A stretch of 64,000 bases of DNA from Macrostomum hystrix (lineage: Eukaryota; Animalia; Platyhelminthes). Of the stretch, positions 12,300 through 23,954 are shown in pieces; within the stretch, counting starts at the first letter, position 1; each line of letters begins with the position of its first letter. A program made the translations under genes and the position numbers. Location: contig CATNEN010000039.1 in assembly GCA_950097015.1 (NCBI GenBank), positions 7,192,001 through 7,256,000 of the forward strand, given 5' to 3'. The notes below the pieces were generated by a model. The model ran no database searches. It saw only the letters and a list, made by a program, of their open reading frames with translations, and was not told the DNA's origin.

Positions 12300-15200
12300 A
12301 TGGGCAACACGCTGCCAGTGGAGATGTGTACAACCTTCGACATGGAGGAGTTGAAACGGCTTGGCAAGCGCTTCAAAAAGTTGGACATCGACGGCTCGGG
12401 CAGCCTGTCTGTTGACGAGTTCATGTCCCTGCCAGAGTTGCAGCAGAACCCGCTGGTGCAGCGTGTTATCGACATTTTCGACACTGATCAGAATGGCGAG
12501 GTGGATTTTAAAGAATTCATAGACGGTGTATCGCAGTTCTCTGTGCGCGGCAACAAAGAGGCCAAACTCCGATTCGCCTTCCAAATCTACGACATTGACA
12601 AAGATGGCTACATCAGCAACGGGGAACTCTTTCAGGTAGGTCACGACCCATTGATCCCTGGGTATTCCCAGACCTGACCCATCCTTGTGTATTTAAGTAG
12701 GTCCTGACCCATCCTTGTGTGTTTAAGTAGGTGCTGACCCATCCTTGTGTGTTTAAGTAGGTCCTGATCCATCCTTGTGTGCTTCATTAGTCCTGACCCA
12801 TCCTTGTGTGTTTAAGTAGGTCCTGACCCATCCTTGTGTGTTAAAGTAGGTCCTAAACCATCATTGTTTGTTTAAGTAGGTCCTGACCCATCCTTGTGTG
12901 TTTAAGTAGGTCCTGACCCATCCTTGTGTGCTTCAGTAGGTCCTGACCCATCCATGTGTGTTTAAGTAGGTCCTGACCCATCCTTGTGTGTTTAAGTAGG
13001 TCCTGACCCATCCATGTGTGTTTAAGTAGGTCCTGACCCATCCTTGTGTGCTTCAGTAGGTCCTGACCCATCCTTGTGTGCTTCAGTAGGTCCTGACCCA
13101 TCCTTGTGTGTTTAAGTAGGTCCTGATCCATCCTTGTGTGTTTAAGTAGGTCCTGACCCATCCTTGTGTGTTTAAGTAGGTCCTGACCCATCCTTGTGTG
13201 CTTCAGTAGGTCCTGACCCATCCATGTGTGTTTAAGTAGGTCCTGACCCATCCTTGTGTGTTTAAGTAGGTCCTGACCCATCCATGTGTGTTTAAGTAGG
13301 TCCTGACCCATCCTTGTGTGCTTCAGTAGGTCCTGACCCATCCTTGTGTGCTTCAGTAGGTCCTGACCCATCCTTGTTTGTTAAAGTAGGTCCTAAACCA
13401 TCATTGTTTGTTTAAGTAGGTCCTAAACCATCATTGTTTGTTTAAGTAGGTCCTGACCCATCCTTGTGTGTTTAAGTAGGTCCTGACCCATCCTTGTGTG
13501 CTTCAGTAGGTCCTGACCCATCCTTGTTTGTTAAAGTAGGTCATAAACCATCATTGTTTGTTTAAGTAGGTCCTGATCCATCATTGTGTGTTTAAGTAGG
13601 TCCTGACCCATCCTTGTGTGCTTCAGTAGGTCCTGACCCATCCTTGTTTGTTAAAGTAGGTCCTAAACCATCATTGTTTGTTTAAGTAGGTCCTGACCCA
13701 TCCTTGTGTGTTTAAGTAGGTCCTGACCCATCCTTGTGTGTTTAAGTAGGTCCTGACCCATCCTTGTGTGCTTCAGTAGGTCCTGACCCATCCTTGTGTG
13801 TTAAAGTAGGTCCTGACCCATCCTTGTGTGCTTCAGTAGGTCCTGACCCATCCTTGTGTGCTTCAGTAGGTCCTGACCCATCCTTGTTTGTTAAAGTAGG
13901 TCCTAAACCATCATTGTGTGTTTAAGTAGGTCCTGACCCATCCATGTGTGTTTAAGTAGGTCCTGACCCATCCTTGTGTGCTTCAGTAGGTCCTGACCCA
14001 TCCTTGTGTGCTTCAGTAGGTCCTGACCCATCCTTGTGTGTTTAAGTAGGTCCTGATCCATCCTTGTGTGTTTAAGTAGGTCCTGACCCAGACCCATCCT
14101 TGTTTGTTAAAGTAGGTCCTAAACCATCATTGTTTGTTTAAGTAGGTCCTGATCCATCATTGTGTGTTTAAGTAGGTCCTGACCCATCCTTGTTTGTTAA
14201 AGTAGGTCCTAAACCATCATTGTTTGTTTAAGTAGGTCCTGACCCATCCTTGTGTGTTTAAGTAGGTCCTGACCCATCCTTGTGTGTTTAAGTAGGTCCT
14301 GACCCATCCTTGTGTGCTTCAGTAGGTCCTGACCCATCCTTGTGTGTTAAAGTAGGTCCTGACCCATCCTTGTGTGCTTCAGTAGGTCCTGACCCATCCT
14401 TGTGTGCTTCAGTAGGTCCTGACCCATCCTTGTGTGCTTCAGTAGGTCCTGACCCATCCTTGTGTGTTTAAGTAGGTCCTGATCCATCCTTGTGTGTTTA
14501 AGTAGGTCCTGACCCAGACCCATCCTTGTTTGTTAAAGTGGGTCCTAAACCATCATTGTTTGTTTAAGTAGGTCCTGATCCATCATTGTGTGTTTAAGTA
14601 GGTCCTGACCCATCCTTGTGTGCTTCAGTAGGTCCTGACCCATCCTTGTGTGCTTCAGTAGGTCCTGACCCATCCTTGTTTGCTTCAGTAGGTCCTGACC
14701 CATCCTTGTGTTTAAGTAGGTCCTGACCCATCCTTGTGTGCTTCAGTAGTTCCTGACCCATCCTTGTGTGCTTCAGTAGGTCCTGACCCATCCATGTGTG
14801 TTTAAGTAGGTCCTGACCCATCCTTGTGTGCTTCAGTAGATCCTGACCCATCCTTGTGTGCTTCAGTAGGTCCTGACCCATCCTTGTGTGCTTCAGTAGG
14901 TCCTGACCCATCCTTGTGTGCTTCAGTAGGTCCTTACCCATCCATGTGTGTTTAAGTAGGTCCTGACCCATCCTTGTGTGCTTCAGTAGATCCTGACCCA
15001 TCCTTGTGTGCTTCAGTAGGTCCTGACCCATCCTTGTGTGCTTCAATAGTTCCTGACTAAATTTTAAATTTAGTGCTCCTCTTGACATTTCAGTCTTGGT
15101 AAAGTAAGTTAGAGTAGACAAAACTGCTTCACTTTCATCCTTATTCATCAGGTATTCTTTTGATGCCTGAAAGCTTCTTAATATGATTTTTGTTTCAAGA

Positions 15201-15464
15201 CTTTTTCGAGACTGAATCTTGAAATACTATACCAATTAGTCTACAAAAAATAATTTCAGATTTCAATGCATTCGCAACCCCCTCCGCATTCAGGTGCTGA
15301 AGATGATGGTGGGAAACAATCTAAAGGACACCCAGCTGCAGCAGATAGTCGACAAGACCATCATCTTTGCCGACAAGGACGGCGATGGCAAGATTTCGTT
15401 TGAAGAGTTTTGCGACGTCGTCAGCGGCCTCGACGTTCACAAGAAGATGGTTGTCGATGTTTGA
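12300..15464 (+). CDS. PPP3R1: Calcineurin regulatory subunit B (4 EF-hands, N-myristoylation MGN)
   Basis: Exons 12300-12635 and 15294-15464 (phase 0): MGN...[40 protein letters not shown]...YISNGELFQ|[38 protein letters not shown]...HKKMVVDV*. Confidence 0.97.
12636..15057. repeat. 30-bp minisatellite (GTAGGTCCTGACCCATCCTTGTGTGTTTAA) filling the calcineurin B intron
   Basis: About 80 tandem copies starting at the donor site. Confidence 0.97.
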
Positions 15465-16057
15465 GACGGCGAGACAGCAAAGTCAGGCTGACAGACTGTT
15501 TGTGACAGAGTGGCTTTATTTACTTGTCGTTCTTTCCTACGCTTTTTCTGTTCCTTCGTGTGAATTAATTATCTACCTTGGAGGGATTCGGTGGCACGCA
15601 ATGTGCACGGCGATGACATAAGCTGATGTAGGCATCTATTTATAGGTTTTTCCTTTCTTTTGTTTTCTGCAAGCTGTCTGTGTTGCCATAATAGCATTGT
15701 TTATTTGTTTATTTATTTGTTTGTTTGTTCGTTTGTTTATTAATCGAAACAACGATGCATCTCTATTCTTCTTTACAACGCGTTTAACATTTCTGCGAAT
15801 ATTTTCTGTGATTTGCGAGTTCCTTGTTTCCTATTGTTATACAAATATTCCTGTCACCTACCTGCTTTCAGTGTTGTTTTTTGCTTTTTTTTGTTTTTTG
15901 CCAGAGAGACTTCTGTCCCAATAGTCATTGTGTTATAATGCGAGCTAGAAGTACTGCGTGCGTACAGGTGTGCGTGGCTGAAATCTCATTCTATTGCGTG
16001 GCCAGTCATAACACTGAATCACTACACTTGGCTTTAGTCATAACTTATTTGTTGTTA

Positions 16058-16320
16058 GACAGGGTGTCCACCTGCTAGCCAGGGTGTCCGCTCGTTAGTT
16101 GGGTTGTCCACCTGTTCGACAGGGTGTCCAGTGTCCACCTGTTCTGCAAGTTGTCCACCTGTTTTACAGGGTGTCCACCGGCTAGTTTGGGCATCCACCC
16201 GCTAGACAGGGTGTCCACCTGTTCTGCAGGCTGTCCACCTGTTTTACAGGGTGTCCACCTGTTCGACAGGGTGTCCACCCGCTAGCTAGGTTGTCCACCT
16301 GTTAGCAAGAGTGTCCCCTG
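16058..16320. repeat. ~21-bp degenerate tandem repeat (CAGGGTGTCCACCTGTT..)
   Basis: About 12 copies of the GTGTCCACC core. Confidence 0.85.
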
Positions 16321-16884
16321 ATTTATTGGGCATTGTATTTGTTGGAGAAGTCACTAACTTTGATTGAAGTGGAGCGCAGCACAAGGTGTTGTTAGCAGGG
16401 TCACGAGTTTTTTGTTTTACGAAAAAGTTTTTTAAACAATTTTCTAGCTTTAATGCTATTTGCTCTAGCCCCCGTGTTCATGCATTGTATGGTAGTATAA
16501 ATTATGAATAAAGTTCATTTCTACTCAAATGTACAAAGGCCCACAAACACACTCACCCGGATCTTGTCTCAGATTGCTGCTAGTTTAAAATGAATTCCTC
16601 TTTTTTCCTTTGTTCTGTCTGCCAGCTTATTTTACTATTGCAAATATATACAATAAATCTAGGCAATCTTTTGTCCATTTCTTAAGACTCGCTACGTCCA
16701 TTTTGTAAATCGATAAATTCGTCTGTAAACTTCTATTTTTTAATTTCTATCGAATTAAAATATTTTACATGCCTAGTTCAGTTTTAATTTTAAGTGGCCA
16801 GCGGGGCCCCATTAACTTCGGGCGCAGTCGTACATGAATTCCCAGGGGTCAATGGAACGGGCAGAGTGCCCGCAGCCGCAGCCC

Positions 16885-17197
16885 CTTCTCTCTGTGCTTG
16901 TTTACGCTCGCGCGCCCACTTATTTTACTTTCTCCTCTCTCCCTCTGTCTGTTCAACTTCTTAGCTAACGTTCACTTCTCTTTCCTCTCCTTCGTCTCTG
17001 ATTGGCTAGCTGCGCTCTCTTTCCTCACCCATCCTTTTCAGCTCTTACCCTCTGGCTCGTCCTCACTCGTGTTACCCTTCCGCCCCCTCCTTATCTCTTT
17101 GTTTATACGAGTATAATTGATTATCGGCCTCGGCCTGCACTTTTCGGTTGGTCCAGCGCCGTAAACACTGGCTATTACAGCGCAGAATAAATTTATT
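16885..17197 (+). mobile_element. Dispersed repeat family C ending in a degenerate SL-like sequence
   Basis: Homologous to 6830-7076 and to 4740-4960 (reverse complement); ends CCGTAAACACTGGCTATTACAGCGCAGAATAAATTTATT. Confidence 0.7.
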
Positions 17198-18022
17198 TTT
17201 ACAAGTCACTACACTATAATCAATGAGATAAAAAGATGAGCGGCGACAATCAACACAAAGGAAGCCGCTGAAAGTTTATCTGGAATGGAATGTGGTAAGA
17301 GAGACTAAATAAAACTTGTCACTTCCACGAAGTCCCTCTTGCTTGAAAATTCATTTCCCAGATTTTTTAGTTGCTTAGACATTTTCCCTATACGATTTTT
17401 TTAAATCCCTTACTTGACTAGCAATTAAAAAAATTCGAACCCTTTTTGAAGTGCAAGAAGTAATGCTAAAGTGCGAGTAATTGTGAATTCAGCAGTGCTG
17501 GAGACGTTGCGTTTATGAGGCTGTTAGTCAAGAAAGTTTGAAATATTTAGATATGGTAGAAAATGAAAATATGCTTTTATTTAGCTTTTTTCGTTTCACG
17601 CACGCTAATTTCTCTTAAGATTTTGAAATTCACTTTTGCAATTTCTTCAACGAACGTTGTGGACCAATTCCGCTTTCATTAATCAAAAATTTCCTGTCAA
17701 AATATTAAATTGAATGTCCGCCTAATACTAGCTTAGTTATGGAGAAAACATTTATGAAAAAAGAAGAAAAGCTATCCATCCAGCATGCACTACTTACAGT
17801 AGACTCTACTGAGGCTTGGTTAAAATTTTCGCTCGTTTGCAGGTGAAGCATTCGTACGTTGAAGTAGGACACGTAAGCTGTAGGGAGGAGGTAGGTAGTT
17901 ATAATGAAGACAGGAAGGTTGAGCAGAAGACAAGTAGTTTAGGAGAGGTGGTTCTGGTACAGAGAGCGCAGGCATGTTGGAGTTGGGCAGGTAGATTTTG
18001 AGAAGGTTAAGTAAGTTTTTAG

Positions 18023-18270
18023 TGGGACAGGTGGGTCGGAGTGGGACAGGTGGAGTGGGACAGGTGGGGTGGGACAAGTGGGTCGGAGTAGGACAGGTGG
18101 AGTAGGACAGGTGGAGTGGGACAGGTGGAGTGGGACAGGTGGAGTGGGACAGGTGGAGTGGGACAGGTGGAGTGGGACAGGTGGAGTTGGACAGGTGGAG
18201 TAGGACAGGTGGAGTAGGACAGGTGGAGTAGGACAGGTGGAGTGGGACAGGTCGAGTGGGACAGGTGGAG
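18023..18270. repeat. 14-bp minisatellite (GGGACAGGTGGAGT)
   Basis: About 17 tandem copies. Confidence 0.95.
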
Positions 18271-18568
18271 TGTTAGAGTGGTAGGTTATTTAGAATTTTT
18301 AGTTAGAAGACTTGCTGCTCAGATACTTTTAACGAGGAATGAGCTAAATTCATCATAAAATAAAATGCAGTTTTTTTAACCCAGCTCAAAATGCAGTTGA
18401 CCGCCCACATGAAAAATGTATATGTGAAAACAGAGTTACGGCAATTAATTTAATTTACCAGCAGCTTTTTTCGGGCAATATTGATGCACACGATGGCAGC
18501 GCGAAGCCAATATACTCGTATATATTGTTTAGTCTGGGGATGACAGGCGATGTGAAATTTATTCTGCA

Positions 18569-21458
18569 ATGGCTACTATCCTGTTCGCCCTTGTGGTGGC
18601 TGCCTGCACCTCCGCAGTTGATTGCGCCAGAGCTGTGGATTTTGCCTACATCGGCTGCTTCAATGACGCTTTCACACCCAACAGAGACCTGACTGGCCTG
18701 CTCGGTGTGAGCAACCTCGGCGGCGTTCCCGTGGAAGCCGAAGCCGTGGTCAATAGCCTGAGCCAGTCGCACGAGTTCTGCAGCGGTATCTGCTCACTTG
18801 GCGGCTTCCAGTACATGGGTCTGCAGCACAGCACCTACTGCTTCTGCGGCAATTCTTACGGACGACACGGGGCAGCCAGCGAAAGCGCCTGCAGCATGAA
18901 CTGCCAGGCCAACAATGCCCAGAAGTGCGGCAACAATTTTATCAACTCCGTGTTCATTCTCTCCTATCCCAGTGAGAGTGTTTTGTGTTTCTTCCGAACT
19001 CCAATGAACTGCAACAATAATGATTTCAGTATCTTTAGCCGTAAAATCGAAGCAAGAATCGTAGCAAAAAATGTCAGTATCCAAAGAATCGTCTTCAGAA
19101 TAATTATAAGTGCCGTCAATTTAGCTAGAATTGCTGCAAGAATCGCATCTAAAACATTTCAGAAACGTAGCTGGAATCGCAGCAGGAATTATAAGCAGTT
19201 CAGAAACGTAGCTGGTATCGCGGAAGGAATTAGAAGCCTTTCAGAAACGTAGCTGGAATCGCAGCAGGAATTATAAGCAGTTCAGAAACGTAGCTGGTAT
19301 CGCGGAAGGAATTAGAAGCCTTTCAGAAACGTAGCTGGAATCGCAGCAGGAATTATAAGCAGTTCAGAAACGTAGCTGGTATCGCGGAAGGAATTAGAAG
19401 CATTTCAGAAACGTAGCTGGAATCGCAGCAGGAATTATAAGCAGTTCAGAAACGTAGCTGGAATCGCGGAAGGAATTAGAAGCCTTTCAGAAACGTAGCT
19501 GGAATCGCGGAAGGAATTAGAAGCATTTCAGAAACGTAGCTGGAATCGCAGAAGGAATAAGAAGCCTTTCAGAAACGTAGCTGGAATCGCAGAAGGAATT
19601 AGAAGCCTTTCAGAAACGTAGCTGGAATCGCAGAAGGAATTAGAAGCCTTTCATAAACGTAGCTGGAATCGCAGAAGGAATTAGAAGCCTTTCATAAACG
19701 TAGCTGGAATCGCAGAAGGAATTAGAAGCCTTTCATAAACGTAGCTGGAATCGCAGAAGGAATTAGAAGCCTTTCAAAAACGTAGCTGGAATCGCAGCAG
19801 GAATAAGAAGCCCTCCAGAAACGTTGCTGGAATCGCAGCAGGAATAAGAAGCCTTCCAGAAACGTTGCTGGAATCGCAGAAGGAATTAGAAGCCTTTCAG
19901 AAACGTTGCTGGAATCGCAGAAGGAATTAGAAGCCTTTCAGAAACGTAGCTGGAATCGCAGCAGGAATAAGAAGCCTTTCAGAAACGTTGCTGGAATCGC
20001 AGAAGGAATTAGAAGCCTTTCAGAAACGTTGCTGGAATCGCAGAAGGAATTAGAAGCCTTTCAGAAACGTAGCTGGAATCGCAGCAGGAATAAGAAGCCT
20101 TCCAGAAACGTTGCTGGAATCGCAGAAGGAATTAGAAGCCTTTCAGAAACGTTGCTGGAATCGCAGAAGGAATTAGAAACCTTTCAGAAACGTACCTGGA
20201 ATCGCAGCAGGAATAAGAAGCCTTCCAGAAACGTTGCTGGAATCGCAGAAGGAATTAGAAGCCTTTCAGAAACGTTGCTGGAATCGCAGAAGGAATTAGA
20301 AGCCTTTCAGAAACGTAGCTGGAATCGCAGCAGGAATAAGAAGCCTTTCAGAAACGTTGCTGGAATCGCAGCAGGAATAAGAAGCCTTCCAGAAACGTTG
20401 CTGGAATCGCAGCAGGAATAAGAAGCCTTCCAGAAACGTTGCTGGAATCGCAGAAGGAATTAGAAGCCTTTCAGAAACGTTGCTGGAATCGCAGAAGGAA
20501 TTAGAAGCCTTTCAGAAACGTACCTGGAATCGCAGCAGGAATAAGAAGCCTTTCAGAAACGTTGCTGGAATCGCAGAAGGAATTAGAAGCCTTTCAGAAA
20601 CGTTGCTGGAATCGCAGAAGGAATTAGAAGCCTTTCAGAAACGTAGCTGGAATCGCAGCAGGAATAAGAAGCCTTTCAGAAACGTTGCTGGAATCGCAGC
20701 AGGAATAAGAAGCCTTCCAGAAACGTTGCTGGAATCGCAGCAGGAATAAGAAGCCTTCCAGAAACGTTGCTGGAATCGCAGAAGGAATTAGAAGCCTTTC
20801 AGAAACGTTGCTGGAATCGCAGAAGGAATTAGAAGCCTTTCAGAAACGTACCTGGAATCGCAGCAGGAATAAGAAGCCTTTCAGAAACGTTGCTGGAATC
20901 GCAGAAGGAATTAGAAGCCTTTCAGAAACGTTGCTGGAATCGCAGAAGGAATTAGAAGCCTTTCAGAAACGTAGCTGGAATCGCAGCAGGAATAAGAAGC
21001 CTTTCAGAAACGTTGCTGGAATCGCAGAAGGAATTAGAAGCCTTTCAGAAACGTTGCTGGAATCGCAGCAGGAATTAGAAGCCTTTCAGAAACGTTGCTG
21101 GAATCGCAGAAGAAATTAGAAGCCTTTCAGAAACGTAGCTGGAATCGTATTAGAAAAGGATAAAGCTGGAGCCAAGTTAGAAAAATAGTTAATTAACCCT
21201 TTCTCACTTTTCACTGCAGACAAAAACTTCATGATCCGCTTGCCCATGACTAGCCTGAGGGTGGTGTCGACCCAGCCAACTTTCTGGATCCTTGTCGCCG
21301 ACAACAAATTCAATTGCGCTGCTCGGTGCACCGCTTTAAGCTCCAACTGTCAGGCGATGATTTTCTCTCGGCAGCTGCAGCAGTGCTACCTGCTGAAGTT
21401 TGCGTATCCACCTGTCAGCCTTGGCGGGGTCGCTGGGGACTACTTCCTTCGTGGCTGA
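18569..21458 (+). CDS. Secreted WSC-domain protein with a C-terminal PAN/Apple-like module
   Basis: Exons 18569-18971 and 21220-21458 (phase 1). Signal peptide MATILFALVVAACTSA; WSC motifs YIGCFND, CSGIC..GFQYMGLQ.STYCFCGN, C.MNC..N..QKCG; PAN-like CAARC....NCQAMIF.....CYL. Confidence 0.85.
19140..21150. repeat. 41-bp minisatellite in the WSC gene intron
   Basis: AGAAACGTAGCTGGAATCGCAGAAGGAATTAGAAGCCTTTC, about 48 copies. Confidence 0.97.
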
Positions 21459-21514
21459 GTCTAGAAACCTTAAATATCGACAAAACCTTTTTGACTTTAT
21501 TCGGAAAAGCGCTA

Positions 21515-21830
21515 TTTTTACTGCGGCTGTACTATGCGTCATCTTGGATGTTTTCTAAAAATAGCTCACATTACTTTTTTAACTGTGGCTATACTATGCG
21601 TCATCGTGGATTGTTTCAAAAATAGCGTACAAAACTTTTTAACTGTGGCTATACTATGCGTCATCTTGGATTGTTTCTAAAAATAGCTCACATTACTTTT
21701 TTAACTGTGGCTATACTATGCGTCATCTTGGATTGTTTCTAAAAATAGCTCATTTTAGGCTTATTTCTAAAAATAGCCCTCAGTGGCCTAACACCTTTTT
21801 CGCGACGGCTATAATATGCGTCATTCTAGC
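21515..21830. repeat. ~61-bp tandem repeat downstream of the WSC gene
   Basis: About 5 copies of TTTTAACTGTGGCTATACTATGCGTCATCTTGGATTGTTTCTAAAAATAGC. Confidence 0.85.
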
Positions 21831-22604
21831 TAAAAAATGACATCACTGAATATATTAAGAAAAGCATGAACAAAAACATTATCTCAATTAATGTGTCATG
21901 TACTATATAGCCGTGCAAATATACTTAATGGTTCATTCTTATTATCACCGCATGGCGTATAAAAATGCTGTCATACAAAAGCAAAGTGCATCAAAGGCTA
22001 ATTCGTAGAAATCGAAGGAGTTGCATCAGCAAATACAAGCAAATTGTCAGTTATAATACGACAAACGGCACATAATTATAAGTAACATTTGCTACTGACC
22101 CGAGTTCGGCTTGCTGCCAAGAACCCCCATGACAAAAGTCGGATCATCTTGTGACACTAATTGGACACGTTTTTGTGCCAATTATTGAAGTGCCGTGTTT
22201 TCTGTGCGTCGTGGCGGAGAGATAAAAATTCACTGTAAAAATTAAATTTACGTGCAATTAGCGATGGCAGCTACTAATAGTAGAAACGAGTTGTTTTGCA
22301 TTGAGTGAAATTCTATAGAAAAGATTGTGTCCTGTGAGTCACAAAACAGTGGAATTAGCGCAATAAGGAAAAATAGTTTAAGCTAAGCAATATTCATTCG
22401 ATGATTAACTGACAACTCACTGATATTTTAGGAAACGTAGAAAAACAATAAATGTTACAATTAAAAAATTCGATGAAGAAAGACACACGTGGATATTTGC
22501 GGCCTAACTTGATGAAATCATAGATCAGTTCTTTAATTATGCTATATCGAGTTAAAATAAATAACTAGAAATAATGTCTGATGACTGTGGTAAACAAAAG
22601 ACAG

Positions 22605-23805
22605 ACAGAAGTAGACAGGAGATGGGGTAGGGGTAGAACGGAGAAAGGAGAGAGTAGACAATAAGGGAGAGGTAGACAGGAGATGGCGGAGAGGTAGACA
22701 GGAAATGGGAGAGAGGTAGACAGGAAATGGGAGAGAGGTAGACAGGAAATGGGAGAGAGGTAGACAGGAAATGGGAGAGAGGTAGACAGGAGATAAGAGA
22801 GAGGTAGACAGGAGATGGGAGAGAGTTAGACAGGAGATGGGAGAGAGGTAGACAGGAGATGGGAGAGAGGTAGACAGGAAATGGGAGAGAGGTAGACAGG
22901 AAATGGGAGAGAAGTAGACAGGAAAGGGGAGAGAGGTAGACAGGAAATGGGAGAGAGGTAGACAGGAAATGGGAGAGAGGTAGACAGGAAATGGGAGAGA
23001 GGTAGACAGGAGATAAGAGAGAGGTAGACAGGAGATGGGAGAGAGTTAGACAGGAGATGGGAGAGAGGTAGACAGGAGATGGGAGAGAGGTAGACAGGAA
23101 ATGGGAGAGAGGTAGACAGGAAATGGGAGAGAAGTAGACAGGAAAGGGGAGAGAGGTAGACAGGAAATGGGAGAGAGGTAGACAGTAAATGGGAGAGAGG
23201 TAGACAGGAGATGGGAGAGAGGTAGACAGGAGATGGGGGAGAGGTAGACAGGAGATGGGAGAGAGGTAGACAGGAAATGGGAGAGAAGTAGACAGGAAAG
23301 GGGAGAGAGGTAGACAGGAAATGGGAGAGAGGTAGACAGGAAATGGGAGAGAAGTAGACAGGAAAGGGGAGAGAGGTAGACAGGAAATGGGAGAGAGGTA
23401 GACAGGAGATGGGAGAGAGGTAGACAGGAGATGGGGGAGAGGTAGACAGGAGATGGGAGAGAGGTAGACAGGAAATGGGAGAGAAGTAGACAGGAAAGGG
23501 GAGAGAGGTAGACAGGAAATGGGAGAGAGGTAGACAGTAAATGGGAGAGAGGTAGACAGGAGATGGGAGAGAGGTAGACAGGAGATGGGAGAGAGGTAGA
23601 CAGGAGATGGGAGAGAGGTAGACAGGAGATGGGAGAGAGGTAGACAGGAGATGGGAGAGAGGTAGACAGGAGATGGGAGAGAGGTAGACAGGAGATGGGA
23701 GAGAGGTAGACAGGAGATGGGGGAGAGGTAGACAGGAGATAGGAGAGAGGTAGACAGGAGATGGGAGAGAGGTACACAGGGAATTGGGGAGAAGTAGACA
23801 GGAGA
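22605..23805. repeat. 22-bp purine-rich minisatellite (GAGAGGTAGACAGGAGATGGGA)
   Basis: About 54 tandem copies. Confidence 0.95.
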
Positions 23806-23954
23806 CTGTATAAAATCGCATTATAAGAAATTATTATGTTGCATTTGTTAAACCAGATCAGCCAAAAAGTTTGAATTCAACGCATGGCGATCGATAACAA
23901 TTTAACCGATAAGCTATTATACGAAAAGCAAGTAAATTTTTTAAATCAGCAAAA

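Noticed and set aside
12853-15148. ([10 protein letters not shown])n ORFs
   Set aside because: Antisense reading of the 30-bp satellite inside the calcineurin B intron.
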